DNA from: an uncultured delta proteobacterium
Lineage (GTDB): Bacteria; Desulfobacterota; BSN033; UBA1163
Direction of reading: 5' to 3'
Length of the DNA stretch: 64,000 nt
Assembly: GCA_963827685.1 (NCBI GenBank)
Contig: CAWHBU010000002.1
Span: forward strand, 1,088,001 to 1,152,000
Both the position numbers and the translations under genes were made by a program. Positions within the stretch are counted from its first letter, which is position 1. Each line of letters opens with the position of its first letter. The notes under the pieces were generated by a model. It was not told where the DNA came from and made no database searches. It saw only the letters and a program-made list of their open reading frames with translations. Positions 58,507-64,000 of the stretch are shown one piece after another.

Positions 58507-59712
58507 TCATGCAATAAATTCCATCGGAACCTCCTTTAAACGGACTACATCTCGAATCTTACCAGAAACGTTAAATCCACTGGAACATTTCACTGCGCAA
58601 TCAGAACAATCCTCACAAACCCTGTCGGGAAGATTCAGGGACAATATGAGATCTTGAGCATGTGCAAGATTACGATAGCCATAAGTATACATGTAAGCTC
58701 GCATTAGATCAGGGATAGGTAGGTGCTCCGGGCATTGTCCCAAACATTGCCTGCAACCCTGGCAATATAATCCCGAAACAGATGCCACTTTTTCCAAATC
58801 CTTCTTTTCGGGACCGGTGAGCGTGGGATTTTCCGCCACTGATAAATCAATATTCATCTCTTCAAATGTCGTGAATCCAGGGACGATGGTATGCACGTTC
58901 GGATCCTGTAAGACCCATTTGAGAGCCGCAGCGCTATTTTTCACAGTGGGCGTCTGTCTCGACCCGCCTCGGATTGCTTTCATCCCAACAATACCAAGAC
59001 CAGCCTGAGACGCTCTGGCGATAGCATTCCTCATCTCAGCATAATGCTTCTGTTGAAAATTATAGGATGTTAAAATCACATCGTAGATTTTCGAATCAAC
59101 GGCTGCATGAATGACTTCTGGCTCATTCATGTGAGTGGTGATCCCCACGAAACGAGCCTTCCCCTCCTTCTTAACCTTTTCCAATGCTTTCAAAATCGGT
59201 TCATACAGGGCCGATTCTCTCTTCCATACGTTGTGATGGTAATAAATGTCTACATACTCCAGCCCCAGATTTTTAAGGCTGATGTCCACTTTTTTTAGAA
59301 AGGCTTCTTCCGTTGCCTCTTCTGTATAGAGACCTGTTGTTTGATTGTTTGGGAGGCGCGCTTTGGTGGCGATGACGTAAGATTCCCGGGGACGTCCCTT
59401 GAGCACCTCTCCAATCATTCCTTCATTTTGACCTCTTTGATACGTTTGAGCGGTGTCCAGCATCACCATACCGGAATCGAGCGCCACCCGGACAAGGGCT
59501 GAATTATCGGTATTCATCACTCCCATGCTGATCACTGGAACCTTGATCCCCGTCTTTCCAAGGGTGCGATAAACAAATTTCCTCTCCCTCCCCTTCGCTT
59601 CAACAACCCTTAACTCCTGCTTCATATCGATCTTAGGAAGAAAAAATAATCCGCCAAACCCAGCGAGGGTTGATTTCATGAAATCTCTTCTACCCATCAA
59701 TTTTTTAAGCAT
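58507..59712 (-). CDS. Aldo/keto reductase with Tat signal and C-terminal Fe-S motif
   Basis: GRRDFMK; YRTLGKTG, LDTAQTY, IATK, GITTH; CQGCRQCLGQCP...CEDCSDCAVKC. Confidence 0.9.
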   Translation of the reverse strand: MLKKLMGRRDFMKSTLAGFGGLFFLPKIDMKQELRVVEAKGRERKFVYRTLGKTGIKVPVISMGVMNTDNSALVRVALDSGMVMLDTAQTYQRGQNEGMIGEVLKGRPRESYVIATKARLPNNQTTGLYTEEATEEAFLKKVDISLKNLGLEYVDIYYHHNVWKRESALYEPILKALEKVKKEGKARFVGITTHMNEPEVIHAAVDSKIYDVILTSYNFQQKHYAEMRNAIARASQAGLGIVGMKAIRGGSRQTPTVKNSAAALKWVLQDPNVHTIVPGFTTFEEMNIDLSVAENPTLTGPEKKDLEKVASVSGLYCQGCRQCLGQCPEHLPIPDLMRAYMYTYGYRNLAHAQDLILSLNLPDRVCEDCSDCAVKCSSGFNVSGKIRDVVRLKEVPMEFIA

Positions 59713-59746
59713 GGTCCCTCCTTCCCCAAAAGCAAAGCGCAGAGCT

Positions 59747-59795
59747 CCCCTCACCCTTCCCCTCTCCCCTGAGGGGAGAGGGTGGGGTGAGGGGT
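59747..59795. repeat. CCCCTCACCC...GGGGTGAGGGG palindrome
   Basis: Long GC-rich stem between operon genes; related CCTCCCTTT units at 42779-42842 and 58392-58425. Confidence 0.65.
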
Positions 59796-59797
59796 TT

Positions 59798-60697
59798 CTA
59801 TTTCTTCTGCTGACTCTTCGTTAATTCTTCCTCAAAAAGCTTTAGGTATTTTGAACGAAGAGACGTATCGCTAACATTAAGTATACCCCAGATGTATTTT
59901 CCTTTCCAGTACAGGTCAATTTCTCCATGATAAGGGTCAGGCAACGTGTAACGTCCTTCTGCAACATCCCTGGCAGGACTACCGGTTTGCTGAAGATATT
60001 TCTGAATCATCTCTTTGCAGTCGTTCTCTTCAACACCTTCGATGACAAAAAGTTTAAATTTCGTCCCGGAAAGCCCATAATCCGCAGTAAAGGCAGAATG
60101 TAAAAACGAATAACCCAGGAAATTTTTGTTAATAAATTTTTCGGAATTTTTTATTTTTCTCTCTTCGGGGAAAGCGGATAAAATGGGCGGGAGCGTTCCT
60201 TTCTCTCCTAAATTTTCGGCCACCTTTTTTGCAAAGGTTAGTAAAATCTCCTGATCTTCAGCGCCAGTATTGTAACTGTTTATCTTCACATAGTATGAAC
60301 CGGTCAAAAAGTTAAGGACATTGTTTTCAATATACCCTTGAGCCCCAACATTAATAAAGTTCGCATCAGGAAGACGCTCCTGACTGTAGATTCCGAAAGC
60401 ATGGATGGGGGTTTTATGTCGATAGACATCAACGATGACAGAGGCTTTCCTTTCATTCGAGTATTCTCCAACTCTCAATTCCTCAAAATCGTACATCAAA
60501 TAAAGATCCGCTGCTCCATCGATATATTCATAAAGAGTTTTGGGTGAAAAAGCTTGGATTTCCCCTGGCTGTTTCCAACCAGTTACCTCAGGAAAGATGA
60601 AGGTTTTCCAATCGGAACTAAATACCCACGCCGGACGGGATACTCCCGCCATTAAAGAAACGAACAATAAACAACCGATAAGGTATCCCTTTCTCAT
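59798..60697 (-). CDS. Exported hypothetical protein (DUF6599-like)
   Basis: Signal peptide; LYEYIDGAADLYLMYDF, AFGIYSQER motifs. Confidence 0.75.
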   Translation of the reverse strand: MRKGYLIGCLLFVSLMAGVSRPAWVFSSDWKTFIFPEVTGWKQPGEIQAFSPKTLYEYIDGAADLYLMYDFEELRVGEYSNERKASVIVDVYRHKTPIHAFGIYSQERLPDANFINVGAQGYIENNVLNFLTGSYYVKINSYNTGAEDQEILLTFAKKVAENLGEKGTLPPILSAFPEERKIKNSEKFINKNFLGYSFLHSAFTADYGLSGTKFKLFVIEGVEENDCKEMIQKYLQQTGSPARDVAEGRYTLPDPYHGEIDLYWKGKYIWGILNVSDTSLRSKYLKLFEEELTKSQQKK

Positions 60698-61013
60698 TGG
60701 TTCCCTTCCTTCCGGTTCAGATAAATTGACTCGTCACTATTTATCACCCACTAATCTAAATCATAAAAGGGAAGTCTGAGTTAATCAATAGAAAATCACC
60801 CTCCTTTTAGCCGCCAGGTAGACCCAGTCATTAAGAGGCAAAATTTTCTTTGCTAAGTATGGACTGCCTTGGTTGTTTTTTAACAGACTGTCTAAAAATC
60901 AACAAAGAATTCCTCTTATAACGAATAATCTAAAATAAGTCCCTTTACTGTGATTTTCCCCAACCATCTAATAATCCTGATGAAAGACAAATAAGATCTA
61001 TTGCCCTGGTAAC

Positions 61014-61029
61014 TGGCATAAGGATTGCT
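61014..61029 (+). promoter_or_regulatory. sigma54 promoter of the NifA-like gene
   Basis: TGGCAT-AAGGA-TTGCT, followed by RBS GGAGG. Confidence 0.75.
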
Positions 61030-61071
61030 CGTGTAATCTACATTCGTCTTCAAACTGGAGGTCAGACTTTA

Positions 61072-62685
61072 TTGATCGGAGTTGTCCCCACACTACCTCG
61101 TTCTGTGGCAGCCATCAAGAAAACCCCTACCCATCGGGACAAGCTTGTGATTTCCCTCGAAAGGAAGCTCAAAGAGTTCACGGTTCTTTACGAAATCAGT
61201 CAGCTGATTGGATCCACCCTGAACCGTCAGGAAGTCCTCTTAGATATTCTCGCTACATTCCATTCTCGCTTGGGAATGAACCGCGGAACGATCACCCTAC
61301 TGAATCCTGAAACAGGAGAACTGGAAATCTGGGCGGCCCACGGGATGACCGAGGAAGAGGTGAAAAGGGGGAGATATCTGGTCGGTGAGGGAATTACTGG
61401 AAAAGTCGTAGAGACGGGAGAACCTGCGGTCGTTCCTCAAATCGAAAAGGAACCACTCTTTCTAAATCGAACTCAATCGAGAAACGATCTCAAGAAGAGC
61501 GATATTTCCTTTATCTGTGTCCCTGTGAAGATGGGGTCTACCATTTATGGGACGTTAAGTGTCGATCGACTTTTCAATGAAGACATCGCATTTGAAGAAG
61601 ATGTTCGCCTTCTCTCCATCGTGGCCTCCATGATCGCTCAAGGCCTCAAGATTCAGCAGATGGTCCAGGATGAAAAGAAGCAACTTCTGAATGAGAACAT
61701 CACTCTCAGGGAGAAGCTAAAAGAGAGATATAGCCTTTACAACATTGTGGGCACAAGCAATAAGATGAATGAAGTCTTTCAAATGATTGAGAGGATCGCA
61801 AACACTGATGTAACCGTTCTCATCCGAGGTGAAAGCGGTACCGGAAAAGAGTTAGTGGCAAATGCCATACATTTCAACAGCCCTCGAGCCTCGAAGCCTT
61901 TCTTGAAACTGAACTGCGCAGCCCTTCCCGACACGCTCACCGAGAGCGAACTTTTCGGCCATGAGAAGGGAGCCTTTACGGGAGCTACTGAGCAGCGTAT
62001 GGGGAGATTCGAAAGAGCCGATGGCGGCACCCTTTTCCTCGATGAGATTGGAACGTTAAACCTTGTTGCCCAGGCAAAGCTTCTCAGGGTTCTTCAGGAA
62101 AGGGAATTCGAAAGGGTTGGAGGAAAACGAACGCTTCGGGTTGATGTGCGCATCATCACTGCCACCAGCAAAGACTTAGAAAAATCGATTGAGGAAGGAA
62201 CTTTTAGGGAGGACCTGTATTATCGGCTGAATGTGTTTCCCATTTTTATGCCTCCCCTCAGGGAGAGGAAAACTGACATTCTTCTCTTAGCGGACTATTT
62301 TGTTGAAAAATTCAACCAAAAACATAAGAAGGACATCCGAAGGATTTCAACTCCTGCTATCGACATGCTTATGCAATACCACTGGCCAGGCAATGTGAGA
62401 GAGCTCGAGAATTCTATAGAGAGAGCCGTTCTCCTCTGCACGGATCGGGTCATCCACAGCCACCACCTCCCCCCTACCCTCCAGACCGGAGAGCAATCCG
62501 GTACCATCCCCTCCCTTTCCTTTGAAGGAGCGATTCAAAACTATGAGAAAGAGCTGATCATCGATGCCCTCAAAAACTCCGGAGGAAATATGTCCGAGGC
62601 GGCCAGGCTTCTGAAAACCTCGGAAAGGGTTGTATCTTACAGCGTAAAAAAGCTTCGCGTTAATCCAAAGTCTTATCGTCCCTAA
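61072..62685 (+). CDS. GAF-AAA+-HTH sigma54 activator (NifA-like)
   Basis: GEGITG GAF motif; GESGTGKE, ESELFGHEKGAFTGA, WPGNVREL; Fis-type HTH. Confidence 0.93.
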   Translation: MIGVVPTLPRSVAAIKKTPTHRDKLVISLERKLKEFTVLYEISQLIGSTLNRQEVLLDILATFHSRLGMNRGTITLLNPETGELEIWAAHGMTEEEVKRGRYLVGEGITGKVVETGEPAVVPQIEKEPLFLNRTQSRNDLKKSDISFICVPVKMGSTIYGTLSVDRLFNEDIAFEEDVRLLSIVASMIAQGLKIQQMVQDEKKQLLNENITLREKLKERYSLYNIVGTSNKMNEVFQMIERIANTDVTVLIRGESGTGKELVANAIHFNSPRASKPFLKLNCAALPDTLTESELFGHEKGAFTGATEQRMGRFERADGGTLFLDEIGTLNLVAQAKLLRVLQEREFERVGGKRTLRVDVRIITATSKDLEKSIEEGTFREDLYYRLNVFPIFMPPLRERKTDILLLADYFVEKFNQKHKKDIRRISTPAIDMLMQYHWPGNVRELENSIERAVLLCTDRVIHSHHLPPTLQTGEQSGTIPSLSFEGAIQNYEKELIIDALKNSGGNMSEAARLLKTSERVVSYSVKKLRVNPKSYRP

Positions 62686-62686
62686 T

Positions 62687-62859
62687 CCGACAATTTTGTG
62701 GGTTTTCTCCTTTTTCCCAACAAAGTTGTTGCTTTCAATTTCTTCTCCGATTTCATATTTATCCTCGCTTCAACTTTTTGCTTCAATCAAAAATTGTTTA
62801 TTTTTAAAACCTTAGATTTCATTCTTTGGCGATAAAATCTCTTTGGCATCATTCTTGAT
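62687..62859 (+). promoter_or_regulatory. Candidate activator sites and sigma54 promoter for the amt operon
   Basis: ACAATTTTGT (within 62687-62702) and ACAAAGTTGT (within 62718-62731), AT-rich spacer, TGGCAT-CATTC-TTGAT (62844-62859). Confidence 0.6.
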
Positions 62860-62906
62860 TAAGATAAGAATCAAGAGAGCATAGTCGAAGGGGAAGCAGG
62901 AAAGAA

Positions 62907-63113
62907 ATGGGTCATATCGATAGAGTCGCTAAATCCAGATTAAACTCTGTTTCTTCGGGTAAGCTTCTAAAGCTGAAAGACGGTTTGTATAGACAGCTAA
63001 AGGAACGTGAATGGATGTTTAACAGAACGGAAAACAATTTGATCTTCCTCATTCATAAGGATGGAGCTTATGGCGTGGTCGTGAGAAATGAGGATATTGA
63101 CTGGAATGAATGA
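62907..63113 (+). CDS. Small hypothetical protein
   Basis: 68 aa, purine-rich RBS, directly behind the sigma54 promoter. Confidence 0.55.
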   Translation: MGHIDRVAKSRLNSVSSGKLLKLKDGLYRQLKEREWMFNRTENNLIFLIHKDGAYGVVVRNEDIDWNE

Positions 63114-63215
63114 TAAACCCAGCTCTCTGCACACAGGCGTCTTCTTTTGGCAGCAGAATAACGATGAATCAATATCTCATGCTGTTGACCAATACTCTCA
63201 AGGAGGTAAACACTT

Positions 63216-64000
63216 ATGGTAAAGCGATTTGTAACCATCATTATTTTAGGAGCTATGTTAGCCAGTTTGCTCATGATCGGGATTGGACACACGGAGGAAG
63301 CGGCCCCCGCTCCAGCTGCGGCATCAACCGCTCCTGCGCTCAAACCTGATCCGTCCGGTGCGAATACCGGCGGGGCGGCAGACGTGGTGGGGGCCACTGC
63401 TGGCGCACCGACTGCGGACGACATGAAGAAATGGGCAACCAACGAGCCGCTTGCCACGAAATTGGCAGATGTCGTGGGCCATAACAGGATCGCCATTAAT
63501 ATTGTATGGACACTGGTCTGCGGTTTTCTCGTCTTTTTCATGCAGGCGGGTTTTGCTTTGGTGGAGACCGGGTTTACGAGGGCGAAGAATGCAAGCCATA
63601 CCATGGCAATGAACCTCATGGTCTTTGTCTTTGGGGTGCTCGGTTACTGGGTCTTGGGATACGCTCTTCAGATGGGCGGTGTCGGCGCTGGGACCCTCGC
63701 CGGCGGAACAGGATTATTGGATGGTGAATTTACCTTGCACCTCTTCGGAAAGGACTTCGGGCTCTTCGGCACAAAGGGGTTTTTCCTGTCAGGTGTGACT
63801 TATGATGCATCGATTATCACACTCTTTCTGTTCCAGGTGGTCTTCATGGATACGGCGGCCACCATTCCGACCGGTGCCATGGCTGAGCGCTGGACGTTTA
63901 AGTCGTTCGTCATCTTCGGGTTTTTTATCTCTATGATCACATACCCGCTTTATGCAAACTGGGTATGGGGCGGCGGGTGGCTATCGCAGCTCGGCAAGAA
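63216..64000 (+). CDS. amtB: Ammonium transporter (3'-partial; absent from the ORF track)
   Basis: RBS AAGGAGG; MVKRF...WTLVCGFLVFFMQAGFALVETGFTRAKN...FQVVF...IPTGAMAER...YPLYANWVWGGGWL. Confidence 0.95.
   Translation, partial: MVKRFVTIIILGAMLASLLMIGIGHTEEAAPAPAAASTAPALKPDPSGANTGGAADVVGATAGAPTADDMKKWATNEPLATKLADVVGHNRIAINIVWTLVCGFLVFFMQAGFALVETGFTRAKNASHTMAMNLMVFVFGVLGYWVLGYALQMGGVGAGTLAGGTGLLDGEFTLHLFGKDFGLFGTKGFFLSGVTYDASIITLFLFQVVFMDTAATIPTGAMAERWTFKSFVIFGFFISMITYPLYANWVWGGGWLSQLGK

Noticed and set aside
61072-62685. Calling the activator nifA
   Set aside because: No nif genes in the window; the GAF-AAA+-HTH architecture is shared by many paralogues.
63114-63200. ANTAR-type dual hairpin in the amtB leader (CACACAGGCGTC)
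   Set aside because: Only one imperfect hairpin; no convincing second loop or terminator.

Overview
64-kb chromosomal region of an anaerobic Gram-negative bacterium, most likely a deltaproteobacterium/Desulfobacterota (inferred from AOR, Fe-S modules, sigma54 activators, LPS genes and a selenoprotein). No rRNA, tRNA or CRISPR array was seen. Contents in order: a divergent aldehyde:ferredoxin oxidoreductase with its ferredoxin; two AmmeMemoRadiSam radical SAM genes that both carry Tat-like leaders, plus a signal-peptide-bearing Memo-AMMECR1 fusion; an XRE regulator-LivKHMGF-HMG-CoA reductase-HMG-CoA lyase operon (candidate mevalonate utilisation) separated from its promoter by IS630; a UGA-recoded DsbA/FrnE-like selenoprotein missed by the ORF track; queuosine genes; envelope and lipid genes; an Mla/MCE operon; an integrase-less integron cassette array (one complete attC, an IS256-split cassette, a GIY-YIG cassette); a Tat-exported AKR-DUF362-Fe-S membrane module with a homopolymer frameshift; and a NifA-like activator upstream of a partial amtB. 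Mobile DNA is abundant: two IS3 copies, IS630, IS200, IS256, IS91 and RAYT relics, and several families of small palindromic repeats, some nested inside each other. The best candidate for an undescribed system is the apparently extracytoplasmic AmmeMemoRadiSam system. All family assignments come from motif recognition by eye, not database searches.
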